Assembly (NCBI RefSeq): GCF_030013205.1
Contig: NZ_CP122648.1
DNA length: 64,000 nucleotides
DNA from: Escherichia coli
GTDB lineage: Bacteria; Pseudomonadota; Gammaproteobacteria; Enterobacterales; Enterobacteriaceae
Reading direction: 5' to 3' (one strand)
This document shows, in pieces, positions 13,247 through 27,666 of this stretch. The first letter of the stretch is position 1, and each line of letters begins with the position of its first letter. A program made the translations under genes and the position numbers. Under the pieces are notes generated by a model that worked only from the letters and a program-made list of their open reading frames with translations, was not told the DNA's origin and searched no databases.

Positions 13247-16200
13247 GTGCGCCTGATTATCACTTTTCTGATGGCCTGGTGCCTCAGTTGGGGGGCGTAC
13301 GCCGCGACGGCCCCCGATAGCAAACAAATCTCACAAGAACTGGAGCAGGCAAAAGCGGCGAAACCCGCGCAACCGGAAGTCGTAGAGGCGCTCCAGTCTG
13401 CCTTAAATGCGCTTGAGGAACGGAAAGGTTCCCTTGAGCGCATCAAGCAATATCAAGAAGTCATTGATAATTATCCGAAACTCTCCGCTACTCTGCGCGC
13501 GCAATTAAACAACATGCGTGACGAGCCGCGCAGCGTGTCACCGGGAATGTCTACCGACGCGCTGAATCAGGAAATTCTCCAGGTCAGTAGCCAGTTGCTG
13601 GATAAAAGCCGTCAGGCCCAGCAAGAGCAGGAACGCGCCCGCGAGATTGCCGATTCGCTGAATCAACTGCCGCAACAGCAAACCGATGCCCGCCGTCAGT
13701 TAAATGAAATCGAGCGCCGCCTGGGGACGCTTACCGGCAATTCCCCGCTCAATCAGGCACAAAATTTCGCGTTGCAGTCTGACTCCGCACGCCTGAAAGC
13801 GCTCGTCGATGAACTGGAACTCGCGCAGCTGTCCGCCAATAACCGCCAGGAATTAGCGCGCTTACGCTCAGAGCTGGCGGAAAAAGAGAGCCAGCAACTG
13901 GATGCGTATTTGCAGGCCTTACGTAATCAGTTGAACAGCCAACGTCAGCTTGAGGCGGAGCGGGCGCTGGAAAGTACCGAATTACTGGCAGAAAACAGTG
14001 CCGATTTGCCGAAAGATATCGTCGCGCAATTCAAAATTAACCGCGAACTATCGGCAGCGCTGAATCAACAGGCGCAGCGGATGGATCTCGTTGCCTCGCA
14101 ACAGCGTCAGGCTGCCAGCCAGACGTTACAGGTCCGGCAGGCGTTGAATACGCTGCGTGAACAGTCGCAATGGCTGGGCTCGTCCAACCTGCTCGGCGAA
14201 GCGTTGCGGGCGCAGGTGGCACGGCTACCGGAAATGCCAAAACCACAACAGCTTGATACCGAAATGGCGCAGTTACGTGTGCAACGGTTACGTTATGAGG
14301 ATCTGCTTAATAAACAGCCGCTGCTACGGCAAATCCATCAGGCCGACGGTCAGCCGCTGACCGCTGAGCAAAACCGTATTCTGGAAGCACAGCTACGCAC
14401 TCAGCGTGAGTTGCTGAACTCATTGTTGCAGGGTGGCGACACGCTACTGCTGGAGCTGACCAAGCTGAAAGTCTCCAACGGGCAACTGGAGGATGCGCTG
14501 AAAGAGGTGAATGAAGCGACGCACCGCTATCTGTTCTGGACCTCTGACGTGCGCCCGATGACCATCGCCTGGCCGCTGGAAATCGCCCAGGATCTGCGTC
14601 GTCTCATTTCGCTGGACACCTTCAGTCAGTTGGGCAAAGCCAGTGTGATGATGCTGACCAGCAAAGAGACAATTTTGCCGCTGTTTGGCGCGTTGATTCT
14701 GGTCGGTTGCAGTATTTACTCGCGCCGCTATTTCACCCGTTTTCTTGAACGTTCGGCGGCGAAAGTCGGCAAAGTGACTCAGGATCACTTCTGGCTGACG
14801 TTACGCACTCTTTTCTGGTCGATTCTCGTCGCGTCACCGCTCCCGGTGCTGTGGATGACGCTGGGTTACGGCTTGCGCGAGGCGTGGCCTTATCCGCTGG
14901 CGGTCGCGATTGGTGATGGCGTAACAGCCACCGTGCCGCTGCTGTGGGTAGTGATGATTTGCGCCACCTTTGCTCGCCCGAACGGCTTGTTTATCGCTCA
15001 TTTTGGCTGGCCGCGCGAACGGGTTTCCCGTGGGATGCGCTACTACCTGATGAGCATCGGGCTTATTGTGCCGCTGATTATGGCGCTGATGATGTTCGAT
15101 AACCTCGACGACCGTGAATTCTCCGGTTCGCTGGGACGGCTTTGCTTTATCCTCATTTGCGGTGCGCTGGCGGTGGTCACTCTCAGTCTGAAAAAGGCCG
15201 GGATCCCGCTGTATCTCAACAAAGAGGGCAGCGGTGACAACATTACCAACCATATGCTGTGGAACATGATGATTGGCGCACCGTTGGTTGCCATTCTGGC
15301 GTCGGCGGTGGGTTATCTGGCAACGGCACAGGCGCTGTTAGCGAGGCTTGAAACCTCGGTTGCCATCTGGTTTTTGCTACTGGTGGTTTATCACGTTATC
15401 CGCCGCTGGATGCTGATCCAGCGCCGCAGGCTGGCGTTTGACCGGGCGAAGCATCGCCGGGCAGAGATGTTAGCGCAACGTGCGCGTGGCGAAGAGGAAG
15501 CGCATCATCACAGTAGCCCGGAAGGGGCAATTGAAGTCGATGAAAGCGAAGTCGATCTCGATGCCATCAGTGCGCAGTCCTTGCGGCTGGTGCGCTCAAT
15601 TTTGATGTTGATCGCCCTGCTTTCGGTCATTGTGCTGTGGTCAGAAATCCATTCCGCTTTCGGCTTCCTCGAAAATATTTCGCTGTGGGATGTCACTTCC
15701 ACGGTACAGGGCGTAGAAAGCCTGGAGCCAATTACCCTCGGTGCGGTGCTGATTGCCATTCTGGTGTTTATCATCACCACGCAGCTGGTGCGCAACCTGC
15801 CCGCGCTGCTGGAACTGGCGATTTTGCAGCACCTGGATTTAACGCCGGGTACGGGCTACGCCATCACCACCATCACCAAATATCTGCTGATGCTGATTGG
15901 CGGGCTGGTCGGCTTCTCAATGATTGGTATTGAGTGGTCGAAATTGCAGTGGCTGGTTGCCGCGCTCGGTGTTGGTCTCGGTTTTGGTTTGCAGGAAATT
16001 TTCGCCAACTTTATCTCTGGCCTGATCATCCTGTTCGAAAAACCGATTCGCATTGGCGATACGGTAACGATCCGCGATCTTACTGGTAGCGTGACGAAAA
16101 TTAACACCCGTGCCACCACCATCAGCGACTGGGACCGTAAAGAGATAATCGTGCCGAACAAGGCATTTATTACCGAGCAGTTTATCAACTGGTCGCTCTC

Positions 16201-16570
16201 TGACTCGGTCACGCGCGTGGTGTTGACGATTCCGGCCCCTGCCGATGCCAACAGTGAAGAAGTGACGGAAATCCTGCTCACCGCAGCGCGTCGCTGCTCG
16301 CTGGTGATCGACAACCCGGCACCGGAAGTCTTCCTGGTGGATCTGCAACAGGGGATTCAGATTTTCGAGCTGCGTATTTACGCCGCTGAGATGGGTCACC
16401 GTATGCCGCTACGCCATGAGATCCACCAGCTAATTCTGGCAGGCTTCCACGCCCACGGTATCGATATGCCATTCCCGCCCTTCCAGATGCGTCTGGAAAG
16501 CCTCAACGGTAAACAAACGGGGAGAACGCTGACGTCTGCGGGCAAAGGTCGTCAGGCGGGAAGTTTGTAA
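13247..16570 (+). CDS. mscM: miniconductance mechanosensitive channel MscM (YjeP)
   Basis: 1107-aa ORF from GTG; signal peptide, long coiled-coil periplasmic region, multiple TM helices, C-terminal MscS-like domain. Confidence 0.92.
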   Translation: MRLIITFLMAWCLSWGAYAATAPDSKQISQELEQAKAAKPAQPEVVEALQSALNALEERKGSLERIKQYQEVIDNYPKLSATLRAQLNNMRDEPRSVSPGMSTDALNQEILQVSSQLLDKSRQAQQEQERAREIADSLNQLPQQQTDARRQLNEIERRLGTLTGNSPLNQAQNFALQSDSARLKALVDELELAQLSANNRQELARLRSELAEKESQQLDAYLQALRNQLNSQRQLEAERALESTELLAENSADLPKDIVAQFKINRELSAALNQQAQRMDLVASQQRQAASQTLQVRQALNTLREQSQWLGSSNLLGEALRAQVARLPEMPKPQQLDTEMAQLRVQRLRYEDLLNKQPLLRQIHQADGQPLTAEQNRILEAQLRTQRELLNSLLQGGDTLLLELTKLKVSNGQLEDALKEVNEATHRYLFWTSDVRPMTIAWPLEIAQDLRRLISLDTFSQLGKASVMMLTSKETILPLFGALILVGCSIYSRRYFTRFLERSAAKVGKVTQDHFWLTLRTLFWSILVASPLPVLWMTLGYGLREAWPYPLAVAIGDGVTATVPLLWVVMICATFARPNGLFIAHFGWPRERVSRGMRYYLMSIGLIVPLIMALMMFDNLDDREFSGSLGRLCFILICGALAVVTLSLKKAGIPLYLNKEGSGDNITNHMLWNMMIGAPLVAILASAVGYLATAQALLARLETSVAIWFLLLVVYHVIRRWMLIQRRRLAFDRAKHRRAEMLAQRARGEEEAHHHSSPEGAIEVDESEVDLDAISAQSLRLVRSILMLIALLSVIVLWSEIHSAFGFLENISLWDVTSTVQGVESLEPITLGAVLIAILVFIITTQLVRNLPALLELAILQHLDLTPGTGYAITTITKYLLMLIGGLVGFSMIGIEWSKLQWLVAALGVGLGFGLQEIFANFISGLIILFEKPIRIGDTVTIRDLTGSVTKINTRATTISDWDRKEIIVPNKAFITEQFINWSLSDSVTRVVLTIPAPADANSEEVTEILLTAARRCSLVIDNPAPEVFLVDLQQGIQIFELRIYAAEMGHRMPLRHEIHQLILAGFHAHGIDMPFPPFQMRLESLNGKQTGRTLTSAGKGRQAGSL

Positions 16571-16720
16571 TGCATGAAGCTGCCAAATGATGTCAACGTG
16601 GCTCATTTAGCAGCTTAACATCATCTTCAGTTATCACCGGCCCTGGAGAGTATCATCCATACGCATTACTTCCTGACAACTCATCGTCGGAGAGACGATG
16701 AGTTGCAGGATTTCATAGGA

Positions 16721-18223
16721 TCAGTCGAGAGCTAACTCAGGTTTATTCGCCATGCGACTGCAATAGTTCTGGTAAATCGCCATCGCTAACAGCGAGAAGA
16801 AGACAGGGCCGCCAATCATCCACAATGTGCTGTCCCAGTCTCCGGCTTCAACCACAGGCTGAATAATGGTGAAGACGTTCGCAAATGTCACCACCAGAAC
16901 GACAACCACCGTCGCAATCATTGCCGACATACGCGTTTTGAAAATCACAAACGGTCTGTCGAGATCCTGACGTGCTTTAAAGAATGGGAAAGCCAGCGCG
17001 AGGAACAAGTAAGGAAGCGTCATAGACACGTTCGCCATCAGCGTCAGCTTGTTAAAGAACGCCGATGCGGTACCGCCACCAAACGAAACCAGCAGGATGA
17101 AGACAGTAACCAGCCCGCACTGCATCCACATGGCGATAGACGGCATCCCCATCGCATTCAGGCGCGTCATCGGTTCCGGCCACAATGCTTTCGGCGTTCC
17201 CTGGATGATGGCTTTCAGCGGTGAATAGCAAAGCGTAAAGAACGCACCGGTATAAGCGAGGAACATCGAAAGTCCGGTAATACGCGCAAACCATACGCCC
17301 AGCGACAATGACGCTTCTGGTGACAAATGCAGTGCGTTACCCAGCGTCACCCCGAGGCTCTTCATCAGCACATAGGTAATATTGCCGAGGTTAACGGAAC
17401 CATTACTTAATACCTGCTGCCAGTTTGTGCTGACGCCCCATAAAAATATTGCCAGCGAATAACCGATTGAAATAACAATAGCGGCAAAAACAATACCTTT
17501 GGCAAAGTTCTTTTCTGGATTTTCTGTTTTATCGACCAGACCACCAACCGCTTCAATTCCGCCATAGGCAAAAATAGCAAATACCACAAACGATAGCATT
17601 GCCAGACCGGACTGATAACCTGGGTTCGGTGATGCAAGGAAATTAATATCCTGCGCGAAATGCCCACCATTTAATAACAAAATAGTAATGCTTACTAACA
17701 GCAATACTAAATTCAGACACATTACTGCAATACCGCCCACCGCAGTAATGCGGGCAATTTTATTAATCCCCTTTGAAGCAACGACGGTGGCCAGAATCAT
17801 CCATGCCACTGCCAGCAGACCAACCACCTGCGTAGGCTCCAGTCCGGCAATACGCCAGTGCTGGGTCATGTCGCTACCATAGAGGAATGTTGAGAACGGT
17901 ACCCAAACTTTCGCGGAGGTACTCACCATCCAGATGATATAAGAGGAAAACCACATAAATGTGCCAATGAAGGCAAAACGTGGTCCGACACTATTATTCA
18001 TCCAGGAATAGATACCGCCTTCTTCTTTGCGATAAGCAGCTCCCATTTCAGCCATCATTAAGGCGAATGGAATAAAGAATAACAATGCAGAAAATATATA
18101 AAAGGGAATCGCACTATAACCCATTAAGTAATAAGCCGATGGGCTATTGGCAAATCCAAATACGGAAGTAAAGATCATCAATATGAGTCCTATCAGACTC
18201 ATCTTTTTTATCGTGTGAGGCAT
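16721..18223 (-). CDS. yjeM: putative amino-acid/polyamine transporter YjeM
   Basis: Polytopic membrane ORF; start placed at MPHTIKKMSLIGLILMIF for a ~500-aa product; exact start uncertain. Confidence 0.85.
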   Translation of the reverse strand: MPHTIKKMSLIGLILMIFTSVFGFANSPSAYYLMGYSAIPFYIFSALLFFIPFALMMAEMGAAYRKEEGGIYSWMNNSVGPRFAFIGTFMWFSSYIIWMVSTSAKVWVPFSTFLYGSDMTQHWRIAGLEPTQVVGLLAVAWMILATVVASKGINKIARITAVGGIAVMCLNLVLLLVSITILLLNGGHFAQDINFLASPNPGYQSGLAMLSFVVFAIFAYGGIEAVGGLVDKTENPEKNFAKGIVFAAIVISIGYSLAIFLWGVSTNWQQVLSNGSVNLGNITYVLMKSLGVTLGNALHLSPEASLSLGVWFARITGLSMFLAYTGAFFTLCYSPLKAIIQGTPKALWPEPMTRLNAMGMPSIAMWMQCGLVTVFILLVSFGGGTASAFFNKLTLMANVSMTLPYLFLALAFPFFKARQDLDRPFVIFKTRMSAMIATVVVVLVVTFANVFTIIQPVVEAGDWDSTLWMIGGPVFFSLLAMAIYQNYCSRMANKPELALD

Positions 18224-18441
18224 GAAACCATCCTTCATTTCAGCGCGTGTATAAAACGCGCCCACTGAACTGCACTGCCCAACATTGAGCGGGCAGCGTA
18301 AAAACCAATACAGAATTGATACCTGGATGATATCAAATATCCAGTCTTAAATTGTGGCCTTTAGCGGAAAAATGAAAACATATGCTACAGAATGGCGCTT
18401 ATCACGCCATTCTTCGCGGTTAATTCAGTAATTTTTCAGAA

Positions 18442-19419
18442 TTATGCCCGGTCAACGCTAAAGGCGATGACTTCAGCCAGTGTCTCCGCGCCCAGCGCCA
18501 ACATCACCAGACGATCAACACCTAATGCCACGCCGGAACAGTCAGGCATACCGACTTTCAAGGCTTCAATCAGATTCTGGTCAATGGGGTGCTGCGGCAA
18601 ACCGCGCGCCGCGCGCTTACGGTTATCTTGTTCAAAGCGTTGTTGCTGCTCACGGGCATCCGTCAATTCATGGAAACCATTCGCCAGCTCAATACCTTTA
18701 TAATAAACCTCAAAGCGTTCAGCGACCCGATGATCTTCGGTACTGATTTGCGCCAGTGATGCCTGGCTGGCTGGAAAGTGGTACACAAAGGTCGGTTTTT
18801 CTTTGCCAATATTTGGCTCTACGCCAAAGGTAAACAGCAATTGTAGCAACGTGTCGCGGTCTTCTTCGGTATCAGCAACGTTGCTTAAATCCAGTTTCGC
18901 TGCCACTTCCCGCAGTTGCGTTTTGTCGGCAGAGAGCGGGTCAATTTCCAGATAACGCAAGAAAGCTTGTTGATAAGAAAGGCTTTCTGCTGCCGGGCAG
19001 TCCAGCACTTGTTGTAAGAGATCGTCCACCTCGTTCATCAACCGGTACATATCATAGTGCGGTCGATACCACTCAAGCATAGTGAACTCAGGGTTGTGAT
19101 AACGCCCCATCTCTTCATTACGGAAGCTGCGGCACAGCTGGAATACCGGCCCACAACCGGCAACCAGCAGGCGCTTCATATGGTATTCCGGGCTGGTCAT
19201 TAACCAGAGATTCATCCCCTGCGAATGCCCAGGGCCAACGAAACGTGTCTCAAACGGGACCAAATGAATATCGGTTACCGTCGCCTGGCTCATACAAGGC
19301 GTCTCCACCTCCAGCACTCCACGATCGGCAAAGAAACGACGGATCTCCGCCATAATCGCCGCGCGTTTTAATAAGTTAGGAATGGATGCGCTCGGCTGCC
19401 AGGATGCCGTTTCGCTCAT
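18442..19419 (-). CDS. epmA: EF-P lysine-34 beta-lysyltransferase EpmA (PoxA/GenX)
   Basis: 325 aa from [30 protein letters not shown]; class II lysyl-tRNA synthetase-like catalytic core. Confidence 0.92.
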   Translation of the reverse strand: MSETASWQPSASIPNLLKRAAIMAEIRRFFADRGVLEVETPCMSQATVTDIHLVPFETRFVGPGHSQGMNLWLMTSPEYHMKRLLVAGCGPVFQLCRSFRNEEMGRYHNPEFTMLEWYRPHYDMYRLMNEVDDLLQQVLDCPAAESLSYQQAFLRYLEIDPLSADKTQLREVAAKLDLSNVADTEEDRDTLLQLLFTFGVEPNIGKEKPTFVYHFPASQASLAQISTEDHRVAERFEVYYKGIELANGFHELTDAREQQQRFEQDNRKRAARGLPQHPIDQNLIEALKVGMPDCSGVALGVDRLVMLALGAETLAEVIAFSVDRA

Positions 19420-19743
19420 AGTTAAATCTCCAGTTTTTGACAAGGGCACGAAGTCTACTCGCAACGCGACGGCGAGACAAATTTTACGCAGGAATCAAAC
19501 AAGGGTGGGCAGTGACTAAAAAAAGCACGATCTGATGGTTTAGTAATTAAATTAATCATCTTCAGTGATAATTTAGCCCTCTTGCGCACTAAAAAAATCG
19601 ATCTCGTCAAATTTCAGACTTATCCATCAGACTATACTGTTGTACCTATAAAGGAGCAGTGGAATAGCGTTCGCAGACCGTAACTTTCAGGCACTTACCC
19701 TGAAGTACGGGGCTGTGGGATAAAAACAATCTGGAGGAATGTC

Positions 19744-21544
19744 GTGCAAACCTTTCAAGCCGATCTTGCCATTGTAGGCGCCGGTGGCGCGGGATTACGT
19801 GCTGCAATTGCTGCCGCGCAGGCAAATCCAAATGCAAAAATCGCACTAATCTCAAAAGTATACCCGATGCGTAGCCATACCGTTGCTGCAGAAGGGGGCT
19901 CCGCCGCTGTCGCGCAGGATCATGACAGCTTCGAATATCACTTTCACGATACAGTAGCGGGTGGCGACTGGTTGTGTGAGCAGGATGTCGTGGATTATTT
20001 CGTCCACCACTGCCCAACCGAAATGACCCAACTGGAACTGTGGGGATGCCCATGGAGCCGTCGCCCGGATGGTAGCGTCAACGTACGTCGCTTCGGCGGC
20101 ATGAAAATCGAGCGTACCTGGTTCGCCGCCGATAAGACCGGCTTCCATATGCTGCACACGCTGTTCCAGACCTCTCTGCAATTCCCGCAGATCCAGCGTT
20201 TTGACGAACATTTCGTGCTGGATATTCTGGTTGATGATGGTCATGTTCGCGGCCTGGTAGCAATGAACATGATGGAAGGCACGCTGGTGCAGATCCGTGC
20301 TAACGCGGTCGTTATGGCTACCGGCGGTGCGGGTCGCGTTTATCGTTACAACACCAACGGCGGCATCGTTACCGGTGACGGTATGGGTATGGCGCTAAGC
20401 CACGGCGTTCCGCTGCGTGACATGGAATTCGTTCAGTATCACCCAACCGGTCTGCCAGGTTCCGGTATCCTGATGACAGAAGGCTGCCGCGGTGAAGGTG
20501 GTATTCTGGTCAACAAAAATGGCTACCGTTATCTGCAAGATTACGGCATGGGCCCGGAAACTCCGCTGGGCGAGCCGAAAAACAAATATATGGAACTGGG
20601 TCCACGCGACAAAGTTTCTCAGGCCTTCTGGCACGAATGGCGTAAAGGCAACACCATCTCCACGCCGCGTGGCGATGTGGTTTATCTCGACCTGCGTCAC
20701 CTCGGCGAGAAAAAACTGCATGAACGTCTGCCGTTCATCTGCGAACTGGCGAAAGCGTACGTTGGCGTCGATCCGGTTAAAGAACCGATTCCGGTACGTC
20801 CGACCGCACACTACACCATGGGCGGTATCGAAACCGATCAGAACTGTGAAACCCGCATTAAAGGTCTGTTCGCCGTGGGTGAATGTTCCTCTGTTGGTCT
20901 GCACGGTGCAAACCGTCTGGGCTCCAACTCCCTGGCGGAACTGGTGGTCTTCGGCCGTCTGGCCGGTGAACAAGCGACAGAGCGTGCAGCAACTGCCGGT
21001 AATGGCAACGAAGCGGCAATTGAAGCGCAGGCAGCTGGCGTTGAACAACGTCTGAAAGATCTGGTTAACCAGGATGGCGGCGAAAACTGGGCGAAGATCC
21101 GCGACGAAATGGGCCTGGCTATGGAAGAAGGTTGCGGTATCTACCGTACGCCGGAACTGATGCAGAAAACCATCGACAAGCTGGCAGAGCTGCAGGAACG
21201 CTTCAAGCGCGTGCGCATCACTGACACTTCCAGCGTGTTCAACACCGACCTGCTCTACACCATTGAACTGGGCCACGGTCTGAACGTTGCTGAATGTATG
21301 GCGCACTCCGCAATGGCACGTAAAGAGTCCCGCGGCGCACACCAGCGTCTGGACGAAGGTTGCACCGAGCGTGACGACGTCAACTTCCTCAAACACACCC
21401 TCGCCTTCCGCGATGCTGATGGCACGACTCGCCTGGAGTACAGCGACGTGAAGATTACTACGCTGCCGCCAGCTAAACGTGTTTACGGTGGCGAAGCGGA
21501 TGCAGCCGATAAGGCGGAAGCAGCCAATAAGAAGGAGAAGGCGA

Positions 21545-21552
<8 letters not shown>
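19744..21552 (+). CDS. frdA: fumarate reductase flavoprotein subunit
   Basis: 602-aa ORF from GTG; FAD-binding [13 protein letters not shown] motif and covalent-flavin His region. Confidence 0.96.
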
Positions 21553-22685
<1,133 letters not shown>

Positions 22686-22695
22686 GGAGCCTGAG

Positions 22696-24251
<1,556 letters not shown>

Positions 24252-24339
24252 AATTTCATCGGGTCCGAATTTTTGGACCTTTTCTCCGCTTTTCCTTGCT
24301 GTCATCTACACTTAGAAAAAAACCAGTAAGGAAACATTT

Positions 24340-24873
24340 ATGCGCCTGCGCCCTCTCGTTGCCGCAGCGACAGCTGCATTTCTGGTCGTTGCCTGCAGTT
24401 CTCCTACGCCGCCCCGTGGCGTGACCGTAGTGAATAATTTCGATGCTAAACGCTATCTCGGTACCTGGTATGAGATTGCCCGTTTTGATCACCGCTTTGA
24501 ACGTGGACTGGAAAAAGTCACCGCAACATACAGCCTGAGGGATGATGGCGGCCTGAATGTCATTAATAAAGGCTATAACCCTGACAGAGAAATGTGGCAG
24601 CAGAGTGAAGGGAAAGCGTACTTTACCGGCGCACCAACTCGCGCTGCGCTGAAAGTGTCATTCTTTGGTCCTTTCTATGGCGGTTATAACGTTATTGCAC
24701 TCGATCGGGAATACCGCCATGCGCTGGTTTGCGGCCCGGACCGCGACTACCTGTGGATACTCTCCCGCACGCCAACCATTTCTGACGAAGTGAAACAGGA
24801 GATGCTGGCAGTCGCGACCCGGGAAGGGTTTGATGTCAGTAAGTTTATTTGGGTACAACAGCCCGGTAGTTAG
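24340..24873 (+). CDS. blc: outer membrane lipocalin Blc
   Basis: 177-aa ORF with lipoprotein signal (LVVACSSP) and lipocalin GTWYEIAR motif. Confidence 0.93.
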   Translation: MRLRPLVAAATAAFLVVACSSPTPPRGVTVVNNFDAKRYLGTWYEIARFDHRFERGLEKVTATYSLRDDGGLNVINKGYNPDREMWQQSEGKAYFTGAPTRAALKVSFFGPFYGGYNVIALDREYRHALVCGPDRDYLWILSRTPTISDEVKQEMLAVATREGFDVSKFIWVQQPGS

Positions 24874-25187
24874 TGAGTGCTGAGTTTCAGACCAATAATC
24901 CCCAATACGATTAACGCCAGACTCGCCAGGCGCATCGGGTTAGCGGACTCGCCGAGCAGCACAATGCCGGTGATGGCCGCGCCGACTGCGCCAATACCCG
25001 TCCACACGGCATAAGCCGTCCCTACTGGTAACGATTTCATCGCCCAGGCAAGTAGCGCCATACTGACAATCATCGCCGTCACGGTAATAACACTTGGCGT
25101 CAAACGACTAAAGCCGTGGGTATATTTCAGGCCAACGGCCCATACCACTTCCAGCAGACCAGCAATAACTAAGATAATCCAGGACAT
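24870..25187 (-). CDS. gdx: guanidinium exporter Gdx (SugE), SMR family
   Basis: 105 aa from internal Met [26 protein letters not shown]; four-TM SMR fold; SD GGAG upstream. Confidence 0.92.
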   Translation of the reverse strand: MSWIILVIAGLLEVVWAVGLKYTHGFSRLTPSVITVTAMIVSMALLAWAMKSLPVGTAYAVWTGIGAVGAAITGIVLLGESANPMRLASLALIVLGIIGLKLSTH

Positions 25188-25199
25188 ATCAGGCTCCGG

Positions 25200-25255
25200 A
25201 GAATTGGGGCCGTCCCCGGTGAAAAGAGGCGTTTGCAGGTCGTCCTGCAAAGCTG
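25200..25255 (-). ncRNA. guanidine-II riboswitch (mini-ykkC) in gdx 5' leader
   Basis: On the gdx strand: UGCAGG-ACGA-CCUGCA and GGGG-ACGG-CCCC hairpins (both ACGR tetraloops) separated by a short linker, the second hairpin about 10 nt upstream of the SD. Confidence 0.78.
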
Positions 25256-25361
25256 ATGGTTGAACGGATATTTTGCCAGGTGGCAGGGGAATTTCAACTA
25301 TTACCTTTGTGACTATCGCAAAAAAACAAACGGCACGACATAACTGTCGTACCGTTATTGC

Positions 25362-25508
25362 TTACTGCTGCGCTTTCGTTGCTGCGCCAGAAATCGCGTT
25401 ACCGCCATCAGAAATGTCTTCACCAACGCCACGCGTGGTGTTGCAGGCAGTTAATACTGTTGAAAGCACCAGAACAGAAAAGATCGCTGCAATTGTCTTC
25501 TTCACCAT
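25362..25508 (-). CDS. ecnB: entericidin B lipoprotein
   Basis: 48-codon ORF translated by hand: [48 protein letters not shown]; below the ORF-track size cutoff. Confidence 0.85.
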
Positions 25509-25618
25509 AACGTCTTCCTTTTAGGTAATGTTATTTATGTTTGCCTATAGCAAATTAATAATAGACAACATCACCAAAAATGATGGAAATCTGATGATTT
25601 TTCGGAGGAGAAGAAAAA

Positions 25619-25744
25619 TTAGCTGGCAGCGCGGGAGATGGAATTACCGAGATGTTTAATGTCTTCACCAAAACCGCGAGCGGTGTTACAGCCCGTGAGC
25701 AGCGCACTGGCAAGCAAAACAAGAACGATAAGGCGTTTCATCAT
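25619..25744 (-). CDS. ecnA: entericidin A lipoprotein
   Basis: 41-codon ORF translated by hand: MMKRLIVLVLLASALLTGCNTARGFGEDIKHLGNSISRAAS. Confidence 0.85.
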   Translation of the reverse strand: MMKRLIVLVLLASALLTGCNTARGFGEDIKHLGNSISRAAS

Positions 25745-25795
25745 CTCTGACCTGAATAAGTGATGGTGCAGCCTGCAGGCCGCACCACAACCGCA

Positions 25796-26362
25796 TTACT
25801 TCACGCGAGAGACGTATTCACCAGAGCGGGTATCCACTTTGATGACTTCGCCGATTTGTACAAACAGCGGAACTTTAACCACAGCGCCAGTAGACAGGGT
25901 AGCTGGTTTGCCGCCAGTACCTGCGGTATCACCTTTCAGGCCCGGATCGGTATCAACGATTTCCAGTTCAACGAAGTTCGGCGGAGTAACGGAGATCGGC
26001 TGACCATTCCACAGAGTTACGATACACTCTGCCTGATCAAGCAGCCATTTCGCGTTGTCGCCAATTGCTTTTGCGTCAGCAGACAGCTGCTCGAAAGTTT
26101 CGTTGTTCATGAAGTGCCAGAACTCACCGTCGTTGTACAGGTAAGTCAGGTTCATATCGACAACATCAGCGCCTTCAGCGGAATCAGTAGATTTGAAGGT
26201 TTTTTCTACGCGAGTACCGGTCAGCAGACGACGCAGTTTAACGCGAGCAAATGCCTGGCCTTTACCCGGTTTTACGAATTCACTCGCTTCAACCGCGTAA
26301 GGTTCGCCGTCTAACATGATTTTAAGACCAGCACGAAAATCGTTGCTATAGTACGTTGCCAT
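25796..26362 (-). CDS. efp: translation elongation factor P
   Basis: 188-aa [27 protein letters not shown] with the modified Lys34 loop KPGKGQA. Confidence 0.97.
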
Positions 26363-26403
26363 AAGGCCCTCTGAAATTTGTTAATTGGTAGCTAAGCCAC
26401 AAA

Positions 26404-27432
26404 ATGGCGCATATTGTAACCCTAAATACCCCATCCAGAGAAGATTGGTTAACGCAACTTGCCGATGTTGTGACCGATCCTGATGAACTTCTGCGTCTTT
26501 TGAATATAGACGCGGACGAAAAACTGTTGGCCGGACGCAGCGCCAAAAAGCTTTTTGCCCTGCGTGTGCCCCGCTCATTTATCGATCGCATGGAGAAAGG
26601 CAATCCGAACGATCCGCTTTTGCGTCAGGTAATTACCTCGCAAGATGAGTTTGTCGTCGCGCCCGGATTCTCCACCGACCCGCTGGAAGAACAGCACAGC
26701 GTAGTGCCAGGTTTGTTGCATAAATACCACAACCGGGCGCTTTTGCTGGTCAAAGGCGGCTGCGCGGTAAATTGCCGCTATTGCTTCCGTCGTCACTTCC
26801 CCTATGCCGAAAATCAGGGCAACAAGCGTAACTGGCAGACTGCACTTGAGTATGTTGCTGCGCATCCGGAACTGGACGAGATGATTTTCTCCGGCGGCGA
26901 TCCGCTGATGGCGAAAGATCACGAGCTGGACTGGTTGCTCACACAACTGGAAGCCATCCCGCATATCAAACGTCTGCGGATTCACAGCCGTCTGCCGATT
27001 GTGATCCCGGCACGCATCACAGATGCGCTGGTTGAACGCTTTTCACATTCTACGCTGCAAATCTTGCTGGTGAATCACATCAACCATGCCAATGAGGTAG
27101 ATGAAACATTCCGTCAGGCGATGGCTAAGTTGCGCCGGGTAGGCGTTACTTTGCTCAACCAGAGCGTTCTGTTACGTGGCGTGAACGATAACGCACAAAC
27201 GCTGGCAAACCTGAGTAATGCGTTGTTCGATGCCGGCGTGATGCCGTATTACCTGCATGTGCTCGATAAGGTACAGGGCGCGGCGCATTTTATGGTGAGT
27301 GATGACGAAGCACGGCAGATTATGCGTGAGTTGCTGACACTAGTGTCGGGATATCTGGTGCCTAAACTGGCGCGAGAAATTGGCGGCGAACCCAGCAAAA
27401 CGCCGCTGGATCTCCAGTTACGCCAGCAGTAA
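26404..27432 (+). CDS. epmB: EF-P beta-lysylation protein EpmB (lysine 2,3-aminomutase, YjeK)
   Basis: 342-aa ORF with radical-SAM CxxxCxxC motif (CAVNCRYC); divergent from efp. Confidence 0.93.
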   Translation: MAHIVTLNTPSREDWLTQLADVVTDPDELLRLLNIDADEKLLAGRSAKKLFALRVPRSFIDRMEKGNPNDPLLRQVITSQDEFVVAPGFSTDPLEEQHSVVPGLLHKYHNRALLLVKGGCAVNCRYCFRRHFPYAENQGNKRNWQTALEYVAAHPELDEMIFSGGDPLMAKDHELDWLLTQLEAIPHIKRLRIHSRLPIVIPARITDALVERFSHSTLQILLVNHINHANEVDETFRQAMAKLRRVGVTLLNQSVLLRGVNDNAQTLANLSNALFDAGVMPYYLHVLDKVQGAAHFMVSDDEARQIMRELLTLVSGYLVPKLAREIGGEPSKTPLDLQLRQQ

Positions 27433-27666
27433 CTGATTAAACAGGGAAGTTTAATCTTTGCACGTTGCATAACCTTTAATTATTCATATACATTGCTGTT
27501 ATTACTTTTTATATAACCAACACCAATAATTAACCTTTCTTTTCTGTTTATATAGAGTGAGCACGACTATTTATGTTATTTTAACAACTATTACTACCAA
27601 GCCCATTTATCTGGCTTATAAATTAAAATTAATTATTTAATTGAGAAATGGTTAGGGAGAACCTAC

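Noticed and set aside
11039-13327. 313-aa and 341-aa minus-strand ORFs
   Set aside because: Antisense to rsgA and psd respectively
20395-21396. 333-aa minus-strand ORF
   Set aside because: Antisense to frdA
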